Assembly (NCBI GenBank): GCA_963716745.1 | Contig: OY970320.1 | Location: forward strand, 1,344,001-1,408,000 | Source: an uncultured Gemmatimonadaceae bacterium | GTDB lineage: Bacteria; Gemmatimonadota; Gemmatimonadetes; Gemmatimonadales; Gemmatimonadaceae | Direction of reading: 5' to 3' | DNA length: 64,000 nt | Part shown: piece by piece, positions 54,665 through 64,000 of the stretch | How the letters are laid out: each line of letters starts with the position of its first letter | How positions within the stretch are numbered: the stretch's first letter is position 1 | Made by a program: the position numbers and the translations under genes | Notes under the pieces: generated by a model | Databases searched by the model: none | Seen by the model: only the letters and a program-made list of their open reading frames with translations | What the model was told of the DNA's origin: nothing

Positions 54665-56728
54665 GTGACGCGCCGGCATCTTCGCCCCATGCGCCGTCTC
54701 GCGGGAGTGCTCGTTTGGATCGTTGTTGCCGCGCTCGGCGCCGTCGCATTCGCCTGGATCGCGCTCGCGCACGATGAGCCCGTGAACGCCGCTTGGCTCG
54801 TCACCGCCGCCGTGTGCACGTACGCCGTGGCGTATCGCTTCTACTCCAAGTTCATCGCCGCGAAAGTGTTCGCGCTGGACGCGGCGCGCGCGACACCCGC
54901 CGTGCGCCTCGAGGACGGGCGCGACTTCGTGCCCACGAACAAGTGGATCGTGTTCGGCCATCACTTCGCCGCGATCGCCGGGCCCGGCCCACTGGTCGGC
55001 CCGACGCTCGCCGCGCAGTTCGGCTTCCTCCCAGGCGCGCTCTGGATCATCGTGGGCGTCGCGCTCGGCGGCGCGGTGCAGGACTTCGTGATCCTGTGCG
55101 CCAGCATGCGGCGCGATGCGCGATCGCTCGGACAGATGGTGAAGGATGAACTGGGCGCCGTACCCGGGTTCACCGCGCTCGTCGCGCTACTCGGCATCAT
55201 GATCGTGCTCATGTCCGTCCTGGCGCTCGTCGTGGTGAACGCCCTCAAGCAGAGTCCGTGGGGGCTCGTGACGATCGGGCTCACGATTCCGATCGCGATG
55301 CTCATGGGCGTCTACCTGCGATGGGTACGGCCGGGGCGCGTGCTCGAAGCCACGGCGATCGGCATCGCGCTGCTCGCCGCCGCACTTTTCGCGGGACGCT
55401 GGGTAGCCGAGCGGCCGGACCTCGCGCCCATGTTCACCCTGAGCGGCACGGCCATCGCGCTGCTCGTCATGGCGTACGGGTTCGCCGCGAGCGTGTTGCC
55501 GGTGTGGCTGCTGCTCGCGCCGCGCGACTACCTCTCGGCGTTCGTGAAGATCGGCGTGGTGCTGGGGCTCGCCGCGGGCATCCTGGTGGCACTGCCGCCG
55601 CTGCAGATGCCGGCGCTCACGCGATTCATCGATGGCACCGGCCCGATCTTCGCCGGAAAACTATTCCCCTTCGCGTTCATCACGATCGCGTGCGGCGCGA
55701 TCTCCGGATGGCACGCGCTCATCGCGAGTGGCACGACGCCCAAAATGATCGACCGCGAGACGGACGCGCGCTTCGTCGGCTATGGCGGCATGCTCATGGA
55801 GTCGATGGTGGCCGTGATGGCGCTCATCGCCGCATGCTCGCTCACACCCGGCACCTATTTCGCGATCAACGCGCCTGCCGCGCTGCTCGGCACCACCGCC
55901 GACAGCGCGGCGCACGCGATCGCGACGTGGGGATTCACCTTCGACCCCGAACAATTCCGCGCGCTCACCGCGCAGGTGCAGGAAGTGTCGCTGCTCTCGC
56001 GCACCGGCGGCGCGCCGAGTCTCGCCGTGGGAATGGCCGCGCTCTTCGCGACCGCGCTCGGCGGCGCCGGCACGATGGCTCTCTGGTACCACTTCGCGAT
56101 CATGTTCGAAGCGCTGTTCATCCTCACCACGATCGACGCCGGAACGCGCGTCGGACGGTTCATGCTGCAGGATCTCGGACGTCACGCGTGGGAGCCGTTC
56201 GGCCGCGTGTCATGGTATCCGGCGGTGCTGCTCTCGAGCGCGATCTTCGTGGCAATGTGGGGACATTTCCTGTACCAGGGCGTGCTCGATCCGCTGGGCG
56301 GGATCAATTCGCTCTGGCCGCTCTTCGGCATCTCGAACCAGCTGCTCGCCGGGGTCGCGCTCTGCGTGGGCACCACCGTGATCATCAATCGCGGCAAGGG
56401 GAAGTACGCGTGGGTGACCGGACTGCCGCTCGTGTGGCTCGCTACGGTCACGCTCACCGCGGGTACCGAGAAGATCTTCTCGGCGGATCCGCACCTGGGA
56501 TTCCTTGCCCACGCCGCGCAAACGGCGGCCGCGGCGCACACGGCGAGCACCGCGCGCCTCATCTTCAACGACTACTTGGACACGGCCGTCGCCGCGTTCT
56601 TCATGGCGTCGTTCGTGCTCATCCTCTGTTATTCCGTTCGCGACTGGTATCGCGCGTTCGCGGGAAACCGGCCGATCGTATCCACCGAGATACCGTTCCA
56701 ACCGCGCACAGCGTTCATGAAGGAATGA
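54665..56728 (+). CDS. cstA: Carbon starvation protein A transporter
   Basis: GHHFAAIAGPGPLVGP, LPVWLLLAPRDYLS, SGTTPK, RTGGAP, FEALFILTTIDAGTR. Confidence 0.96.
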   Translation: MTRRHLRPMRRLAGVLVWIVVAALGAVAFAWIALAHDEPVNAAWLVTAAVCTYAVAYRFYSKFIAAKVFALDAARATPAVRLEDGRDFVPTNKWIVFGHHFAAIAGPGPLVGPTLAAQFGFLPGALWIIVGVALGGAVQDFVILCASMRRDARSLGQMVKDELGAVPGFTALVALLGIMIVLMSVLALVVVNALKQSPWGLVTIGLTIPIAMLMGVYLRWVRPGRVLEATAIGIALLAAALFAGRWVAERPDLAPMFTLSGTAIALLVMAYGFAASVLPVWLLLAPRDYLSAFVKIGVVLGLAAGILVALPPLQMPALTRFIDGTGPIFAGKLFPFAFITIACGAISGWHALIASGTTPKMIDRETDARFVGYGGMLMESMVAVMALIAACSLTPGTYFAINAPAALLGTTADSAAHAIATWGFTFDPEQFRALTAQVQEVSLLSRTGGAPSLAVGMAALFATALGGAGTMALWYHFAIMFEALFILTTIDAGTRVGRFMLQDLGRHAWEPFGRVSWYPAVLLSSAIFVAMWGHFLYQGVLDPLGGINSLWPLFGISNQLLAGVALCVGTTVIINRGKGKYAWVTGLPLVWLATVTLTAGTEKIFSADPHLGFLAHAAQTAAAAHTASTARLIFNDYLDTAVAAFFMASFVLILCYSVRDWYRAFAGNRPIVSTEIPFQPRTAFMKE

Positions 56729-56765
56729 GCGTACTAGCACGACCGTCGAAGCGTCCCTCAACCCC

Positions 56766-59123
56766 ATGAAGCCCGCCATGAAGCTCAGCCTCGCCGCTCC
56801 CATCTTCGCGCTCGTCGCCGCCGGCTCCCTCGCCGCGCAGCAGAGTGCCGACTCCTTCCCACTCACCGTGCCGAGCATCATGCGCGGCGAAGAGGTGGTC
56901 GGCCGGCCCCCTGCGCGCGTCCGATGGACCGCGGACGGCAAATGGATCTACTTCTCGTGGGTAGCGCCGGGAACGGATTGGCGTGAGCCGAACCACCCAT
57001 ATCGCATCAGGCCCGAGGCGGGCGCCAAGCCCGAGAAGATGAGCCTCGCGCACATGGATTCGGTGGGGCCATCGCTCTCGCGCGGCGAATTGTCGCCGAA
57101 CAAGCAGTGGCGCGTCGTGGAATCGAACGGCGACATCTTCCTGGTGGATCAGAAGTCCTTCCGAGTGCGCCGGCTCACGCAGACGCTCGCGCGCGAGAGC
57201 GATCCGCATTTCTACGCCACCTCGCAGACCGTGAGCTTCACGCGCGACGGCAACGCGTACTCGGTGGATCTCGTGGACGGCACCGAGCGCCAGCTCACCG
57301 ACATCCGCAGCGGCCCGGAACCAAAGGAGCCCGATGCGCCCAAGGGACAGCGCGCGGCGCTCGAGGCGCAGCAGAAATACCTGCTGCAGGTGGTGCGGGA
57401 CAAGATCCTGCAGGACTCCCTCGCGAAGATCGAGAAGAAGCTCCGCGAATCGTGGTGGCCCAAGACGATCTGGCTCGGCAAGGATGAGCGAGTGGCGTCG
57501 ATCAATGTCAGCCCAAGCGGCAAGTCGGCGGTGGTGATCACCACCATTCCGGCGGGCGACAAGGAGAAGACGACGATCGTTCCGCAGTACACCACGAAGT
57601 CGGGCTACACCGAGGACATCCGCGGCCGCGAGAAGGTGGGCGACGTGCAGGCGGGCGGGCGCATCGCGCTCGTGTCGCTGCCGTCGGGCGAGGCGAAGTG
57701 GCTCAAGGTGACGCCTGCCGACACGGTGCACATGCCGGCCGTCACGCAGATGATCGGCTGGAACAATGCCGGGACGCTGGCGCTGATCGTGGCGGTGCCT
57801 TTCGACTGGCACCAGCGGATCCTCTACACGATGACCGCCGATTCCGGCGCGCTGAAGGCGGTGGATGTGCTGAAGGACACCACGTGGGTGGACGGACCGT
57901 CGTTCGGCGACGCTGGATGGATCGACGGCGGCAAGGCGATCTGGTACGCCTCCGAGGCCGACGGGTGGGCGCACCTCTACACCATCTCGCCCGACGGCGG
58001 CAACCGGAAGCAGCTCACGAGCGGCAAGTGGGAAGTGTTGAACATCGACATGTCCGACGATCGCCAGTGGTTCTATCTCACCACGAGCGAGAAGTCGCTG
58101 TTCGAGCACCAGTTCTACCGCATGCCGGTGAACGGCGGCGCGGGCGGCGCGCGCGAGATGATCACGAGCATGGTGGGCGAGCACAGCGCCGAAGTGTCGC
58201 CCGACGGCAAGATGATCGCGGACGTGTTCTCGAGCGCGAACCGGCCGCCCGAGTTGTTCGTCATGAAGTTCGCCGCCGGCGCAGCGGAATCGCAACTCAC
58301 GACGAGCCCCACCGCGCAGTGGCTTTCGCACAAGTGGCTCAAGCCCGAGATCGTGTGGATCCCGGCGAGCGACGGCGTGAAAGTGCCGGCCCGCATCTAC
58401 CGTCCGGCGGACATGGGCGCGAAGCCGAACGGCGCCGCGGTGCTGTTCGTGCACGGCGCCGGCTATCTGCACAACGTGCACAATTGGTGGTCGAGCTATT
58501 TCCGCGAGTACATGTTCAATCAGCTGCTGGCGAGCAAAGGCTACGTGGTGCTCGACGTCGACTATCGCGCCTCCGCCGGTTACGGCCGCGATTGGCGCGT
58601 GGCGATCTGGCATCACATGGGCGGACGCGATCTGCAGGATGAAGTGGACGCGTCCAAGTATCTGCAGGCGAACTTCAGCATTCCGCCGGAACGCGTGGGC
58701 ATGTACGGCGGCAGCTACGGCGGCTTCATGACGCTCATGGCGCTCTTCACCGAGCCCAAGCATTTCGGCGCCGGCGCCGCGCTGCGCTCGGTCACGAACT
58801 GGAACAACTACAACCACTGGTACACGTCGCGCATCCTCGGCCAGCCGGATGTCGACACGGTGGCTTATCGCATCTCCTCGCCGATCTTCTTCACGCAGGG
58901 CCTCGAGCGTCCGCTGCTCCTCATGCACGGCATGATCGACACCAACGTGCACTTCCAGGACGATGTCGAGATGGTGCAGAAGCTCATCGAAGAGCAGAAG
59001 ACGGGCTGGGAGTGGCAGCCGTATCCGAACGAGGATCACGGCTTCGTTCGGCCCACGTCGTGGATGGATGAGTATCGCCGGATCCTCGAGCTGTTCGACC
59101 GGACGATCGCGGTAGGGAAGTGA
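56766..59123 (+). CDS. Exported S9-family (DPP IV-like) peptidase
   Basis: Signal peptide, beta-propeller, GGSYGG nucleophile, DTNV, EDHGF. Confidence 0.93.
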   Translation: MKPAMKLSLAAPIFALVAAGSLAAQQSADSFPLTVPSIMRGEEVVGRPPARVRWTADGKWIYFSWVAPGTDWREPNHPYRIRPEAGAKPEKMSLAHMDSVGPSLSRGELSPNKQWRVVESNGDIFLVDQKSFRVRRLTQTLARESDPHFYATSQTVSFTRDGNAYSVDLVDGTERQLTDIRSGPEPKEPDAPKGQRAALEAQQKYLLQVVRDKILQDSLAKIEKKLRESWWPKTIWLGKDERVASINVSPSGKSAVVITTIPAGDKEKTTIVPQYTTKSGYTEDIRGREKVGDVQAGGRIALVSLPSGEAKWLKVTPADTVHMPAVTQMIGWNNAGTLALIVAVPFDWHQRILYTMTADSGALKAVDVLKDTTWVDGPSFGDAGWIDGGKAIWYASEADGWAHLYTISPDGGNRKQLTSGKWEVLNIDMSDDRQWFYLTTSEKSLFEHQFYRMPVNGGAGGAREMITSMVGEHSAEVSPDGKMIADVFSSANRPPELFVMKFAAGAAESQLTTSPTAQWLSHKWLKPEIVWIPASDGVKVPARIYRPADMGAKPNGAAVLFVHGAGYLHNVHNWWSSYFREYMFNQLLASKGYVVLDVDYRASAGYGRDWRVAIWHHMGGRDLQDEVDASKYLQANFSIPPERVGMYGGSYGGFMTLMALFTEPKHFGAGAALRSVTNWNNYNHWYTSRILGQPDVDTVAYRISSPIFFTQGLERPLLLMHGMIDTNVHFQDDVEMVQKLIEEQKTGWEWQPYPNEDHGFVRPTSWMDEYRRILELFDRTIAVGK

Positions 59124-59350
59124 CGCCAGCTGGCCTCGACCCACACGCTACACACGCCTCGCTCGGCTGGCGCGACGGACTTCGTCGCGTCAGCCGGGTG
59201 ATCCGGCGCGTGATCGGGGTGCCGGATTATGAGACGTACGTGGAGCACCGACTCGCCAGACATCCAGGAGAACCGATGCTCTCACGAGAACAATTCTCGC
59301 TCGAGCGGCAGCGCGCGCGCTATGAGTCCGTGGGCGGACGCTGCTGCTGA
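59120..59350 (+). CDS. YbdD/YjiX-family CstA-associated small protein
   Basis: GVPDYETYVEH...HPGEP...SREQF...RY...RCC. Confidence 0.9.
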   Translation: MTPAGLDPHATHASLGWRDGLRRVSRVIRRVIGVPDYETYVEHRLARHPGEPMLSREQFSLERQRARYESVGGRCC

Positions 59351-60534
59351 GGCGACGGCGCGACGAAGATGATGGCGGCGGTCGCGGCGCCCGCCATTGC
59401 GGCGCCGAACGCGAAGGCCGCCGGCGCACCCGCGCGATCCCAGATCGCGCCGAAGATGATCGACGCCGGCAGCGCGCCGAGCCCTAGGGCAAGATTGTAC
59501 CACCCGAACGCTGCGCCGCGGCGCGACGCGGGCACGAGATCCGCCACCAGCGCTTTCTCCACGCCCTCGGTGAGCCCGAAGTAGATCCCGTATAGCGCGA
59601 ACAGCGCCCACGCCTGCCAGGCACTCGTCGCGCGGCCGAAGAGCAGGTACACCGTGGCGTACACGGCCCATCCCGCGACGATGAGCGGCTTGCGTCCGAT
59701 GCGATCCGAGAGCGCGCCGCCTGGTACGCCGGATGCGGTCTTCACGAGATTCAGCATCGCCCAAAGGAGTGGCGCGAGCGCCACTGGCACGCCTAGCTGC
59801 GCCGCGCGCAATAACAAGAACGCGTCGGTCGAATTCCCCAGCGTGAAGAGCAGCACCACCACGAGATACGCCCAGAAGCGCGCGCCGAGTGCGCCCTGCC
59901 CCTTCTCGCGCGACGTTGGCGCGGCGACGGCGCGCGGCACATCGCGCACGCCGGCCACCGCCACGATGAGCGCGAGCAGCGCGGGGATCGCGGAGAGAAG
60001 GAACACGGTGCGCAGCGGCACATGCATCCACGTGAGCGCGGCGAAACCGATGAGCGGGCCGAGCACCGCGCCCGCGTTGTCGCTCGCGCTATGGAATCCG
60101 AACGCGCGGCCGCGGATGGACGGGTCGGCGGAGTCCGCGATGAGCGCATCGCGCGGCGAAGTTCGGATCCCCTTCCCCACGCGGTCGGTGATGCGGATCG
60201 CCGCCACCTGCGTTACGCTCTGGGCTAATCCGATGAGCGGCCGGACGAATCCCGCGAGTGCGTATCCGAACACCACCAGCGGCTTTCGTTTCGCGAAGTG
60301 ATCCGAGATCCATCCGCTCGCGAGCTTGAGCAGCGCCGCCGTGGATTCGGCCAGCCCTTCGATCACGCCCACGGCGCCCGCGCTCGCGCCGAGCACCGTG
60401 GTAAGGAAGAGCGGCACCAACGGATAGATCATCTCGCCCGAGATGTCGGTGAGGAAACTCACCGCCGAGATGGCGAGGATGTTGCGCCCGAGCTTCGCGG
60501 GCTTGGCCTCTACTGCGACAGGGCGACGCCCCAC
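59320..60534 (-). CDS. MFS transporter
   Basis: SFLTDISGEMIYP, SDHFAKRK, DRVGKGIRTSPRDALI, SDRIGRK. Start codon uncertain. Confidence 0.9.
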   Translation of the reverse strand: MGRRPVAVEAKPAKLGRNILAISAVSFLTDISGEMIYPLVPLFLTTVLGASAGAVGVIEGLAESTAALLKLASGWISDHFAKRKPLVVFGYALAGFVRPLIGLAQSVTQVAAIRITDRVGKGIRTSPRDALIADSADPSIRGRAFGFHSASDNAGAVLGPLIGFAALTWMHVPLRTVFLLSAIPALLALIVAVAGVRDVPRAVAAPTSREKGQGALGARFWAYLVVVLLFTLGNSTDAFLLLRAAQLGVPVALAPLLWAMLNLVKTASGVPGGALSDRIGRKPLIVAGWAVYATVYLLFGRATSAWQAWALFALYGIYFGLTEGVEKALVADLVPASRRGAAFGWYNLALGLGALPASIIFGAIWDRAGAPAAFAFGAAMAGAATAAIIFVAPSPQQQRPPTDS

Positions 60535-61583
60535 GGCATGCTCCCGGCGGGAATGCGGCGCACGACCGTGAGCGTGTTCGCGTCGATCACCGACACGTCG
60601 TTCGACGGCCCGTTGGCCGTGTAGATGCGTGCGCCATCCGCCGAGACGCACACGCCCCACGGCCGCTTGCCCACCGCGACCGATCCCACGGCGCTGTCGC
60701 CCTTCGTATCGATGGCAACGAGCGTGCCGCCGCGGCCGGTGGTGACGTAGAGGCGCGTGCCGTCGGGCGAGAGCGCGGTGCCCATGGGACGCACGTTCGG
60801 ACCCGTGAGCGTGATCGTGCGCTTCACGCGGCGATTGTCGGTGTCGATCACGCTCACGCTGCTCCCTTCCTCGTTCGCGACATACGCTTTGGAGCCATCG
60901 AGCGAGAAGGTCACCGAGCGCGGCCGCTTCCCGACCCCGATCGTCGCGATCACGACACGCGAATCGGTCGCGATCACGCTGATCGTGCCGTCCACCTCGT
61001 TCGTGACGTACACCTCATCGCTGTCCGGACTGATCCGCACGCCTTCGGGCTCGCGTCCCACCGGGATCGTCGCCACCGGCTTGCCGCTGATCACGTCGAG
61101 CACGGTGACCGTGGCCGCGTCCTCGTTCGCGACGTAGATGGTCTTGCCGTCGAGACTGACGTCGAAATTCTCCGGATCGATGCCGCCCGCGAGCGTCTTG
61201 CGCAACACGCGCCTCGTGAGGTCCATGAGCGCGATGCCGTCGCGGCGATGGTCCGCCGGCGGCAGCTTGCTCTCGTCCACGCCGGGTCCGCCCTTGGGCG
61301 AACCGCTCACCGCGACGATCAGCGTGCTTCCGTCGGGACTGACGCGCACGCCGCGCGGCCGGCGGCCCGGTGCCATGGAGGCGACCACGGACTCCGCGCG
61401 CACGTCGATAACCGCCACGGAGTTCCCATCCTCGTCGCTCACGTACAGGTACGGCCCGCCGCCGAGGAGAGACTTGGCGACATGCGGCGTGCGAACCGCT
61501 GTGCTGTCGTCGCCTTTCTCCCCGGACGGAGAGCAAGCCGCGAAGCATGCGGCGGCGATCGCGATGGCGGCGGCGCGCCTCAT
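60510..61583 (-). CDS. YncE/YVTN beta-propeller lipoprotein
   Basis: Lipobox FAAC; repeats of SPDG..YVxNE...VSVID...VG..P. Confidence 0.88.
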   Translation of the reverse strand: MRRAAAIAIAAACFAACSPSGEKGDDSTAVRTPHVAKSLLGGGPYLYVSDEDGNSVAVIDVRAESVVASMAPGRRPRGVRVSPDGSTLIVAVSGSPKGGPGVDESKLPPADHRRDGIALMDLTRRVLRKTLAGGIDPENFDVSLDGKTIYVANEDAATVTVLDVISGKPVATIPVGREPEGVRISPDSDEVYVTNEVDGTISVIATDSRVVIATIGVGKRPRSVTFSLDGSKAYVANEEGSSVSVIDTDNRRVKRTITLTGPNVRPMGTALSPDGTRLYVTTGRGGTLVAIDTKGDSAVGSVAVGKRPWGVCVSADGARIYTANGPSNDVSVIDANTLTVVRRIPAGSMPWGVALSQ

Positions 61584-63162
61584 GGATCCGAGAGTCCCAT
61601 CCCCCAGCGCGCGAGCGCCGTGGGATACGAACCGTACGTCAGCAGTTCATCGTGGAACGCGCTCAGCGAGAACTTCGTCCCGCGCGATCTGCGCGCGTCG
61701 TCGCGCAGCTGCAGGATCTCGCGCCGTCCCACCGCGTAGCAGAGTTGATATGTGGGGTACGCGCAGTAGCGGCGCGCCTCCGCGTCGGCCAGCCGCGCAT
61801 CGAAGCCGAGTTCGTCCTGGAGCATTTTGGACGCTTCCTGCCACGTCATGCCTCGCGTGTGCAGCGACACGTCGATGATGATGCGCAGCGCGCGCCAGAG
61901 CAGATGATGCGCCTGGAAGAAACGCTGCGGCGGCTCGAGGAATCCCTCGTCGGCCATCAGCGATTCACAGTAGAGCGCCCAGCCTTCGCGCGTGGCCGGC
62001 GTGGACAGGATGCGCCGAACGTTCCGCGGAAGCGAATTGCCCGTCACGATCTGCAGATGGTGCCCGGGATAACCTTCGTGCACCGCCGTGTTCGGCAGCT
62101 CGGCGCGGCAGTCCGAGCGCCACTGCTCGCCCTTGGGCGGCAGCGTCACGAAGAACAGCCCGCGCTGATCGTTGTCGAACGCGCCCGGCCCTTGGTACGC
62201 CGCATACGGCACGAGCGCGCGAAGGAATTCCGGTGTTTCGATCACGGCCAGCTCCGAGACGGGCACCTTCAAGAGCGAGCGCTTGGCTGCGAACTCGCGC
62301 GCGCTCTTCATTGCGGCGGCATATTCGGCGAGCGCCTGCTCACGCGACGGCCGGTCCTTGCGCAGCTCGATCACCAAGTCGCGCCATCTCGTGCCGGGCC
62401 GCAATTCCTGCGCGCGACGCTCCAATTCTGCGATCGCCTCGCCGCGCAGCCGTTCGCCGAAGCGGTAGAGCTGATCGGCGTTCTCCTTGAGGAGATGCCA
62501 CGTCTGCAGCTTGCGATCGAAGAGTTCGCGGCCGATCGCGTAGGTGGATCCGGCGGTCGCCTGCATCGCGGCCATCGCCTCGCCGAACGCGGCGAGCGCT
62601 TCGAGGGCCGTCTGCCTTACCACTTCGGCATCGAACGCCACGGCGAGCGCGGCCGCCTCCGTCGCCTGGCGCACGAGCACCGCGCCGCCGGGCAGCATCG
62701 CGCGCGCCATCTCGACGAAACTCACGTCGGGGCGCGTCACCGTTCTTGCGGCGCGCTCGAGGAACGCGGGCAGCGCCTCGAGACGCGCGACGAGCGCGCG
62801 CCCGCGCTGCGAAGGATCGGCGGTTGAGCGCGCGAGCAGCAGATACAGCCCGTTCAGCGCATGTGAGAGGTGGTAGCCGGGATTCCGCTCGAAGGGGCGC
62901 TCGAGATCCAGCACGAGGATCTCATGCCGCACTGCCTGGAGCGACGCGGTGCGGTCGATCTCATCCTCGAGACACGACGGCTCGAGCTCCTCCAATGCAT
63001 GTTCGTACGCCTTGAGCGCCGCGATGTGCTGCAGCACGGACGCGGTGTCCCACTGCGCGTATTCACCATCGCGTTCGCGGCGGCCGTGGTACGTCGCTTC
63101 CACCGGATTCATCGCCCAGCGAAGATCGAGGTACCCGTTCAGCACCTGGTCGAGTGCGGCGC

Positions 63163-63166
<4 letters not shown>
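61580..63166 (-). CDS. DUF885-family protein (putative metallopeptidase-like)
   Basis: HEGYPGHHLQ, EGWALYCE, RIIIDVSLH, RRYC..PTY...Y..G. Confidence 0.9.

Positions 63167-64000
<834 letters not shown>

Noticed and set aside
59339..59350. Selenocysteine readthrough in the YbdD/YjiX protein
   Set aside because: Both terminal residues are encoded as Cys (TGC TGC), so the following TGA is an ordinary stop.

Overview
A 64 kb window of high-GC (roughly 65-70% by eye) bacterial chromosome. Gene content and style suggest Gemmatimonadota (inference). It is mostly housekeeping DNA: glmS/glmM, purD, mutM, a short UvrC-like nuclease, futalosine-type menaquinone late genes, an ECF sigma/anti-sigma envelope-stress operon, nifU-mrp-MATE, nrnA, guaB, gpmI, Moco genes, gcdH-etfBA-fadF-like genes, an isocitrate dehydrogenase-family gene and cstA. 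About 20 single-base frameshifts, several in essential genes, point to uncorrected long-read indels rather than pseudogenes. The most notable observations are: (1) a c-di-GMP-I (GEMM) riboswitch whose P1 stem buries the Shine-Dalgarno of an M15/MepK-like peptidoglycan peptidase, at the end of a cluster with an L,D-transpeptidase, a catalytically dead L,D-transpeptidase paralogue and an SH3 protein; (2) three tandem paralogues of an unrecognised ~210-aa membrane domain (IRYR[GD]LP motif) coupled to the ETF/Fe-S operon; (3) several families of long palindromic intergenic elements built from 7-, 9- or 14-nt periodic units, two of which share a central TGTTGTTAACA dyad; (4) a degenerate adenylate-forming protein coupled to an orphan chemoreceptor; (5) a low-GC AbiJ/HEPN-like defence gene end next to the 3' end of glmS. 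No database searches could be run; family calls rest on recognisable motifs.
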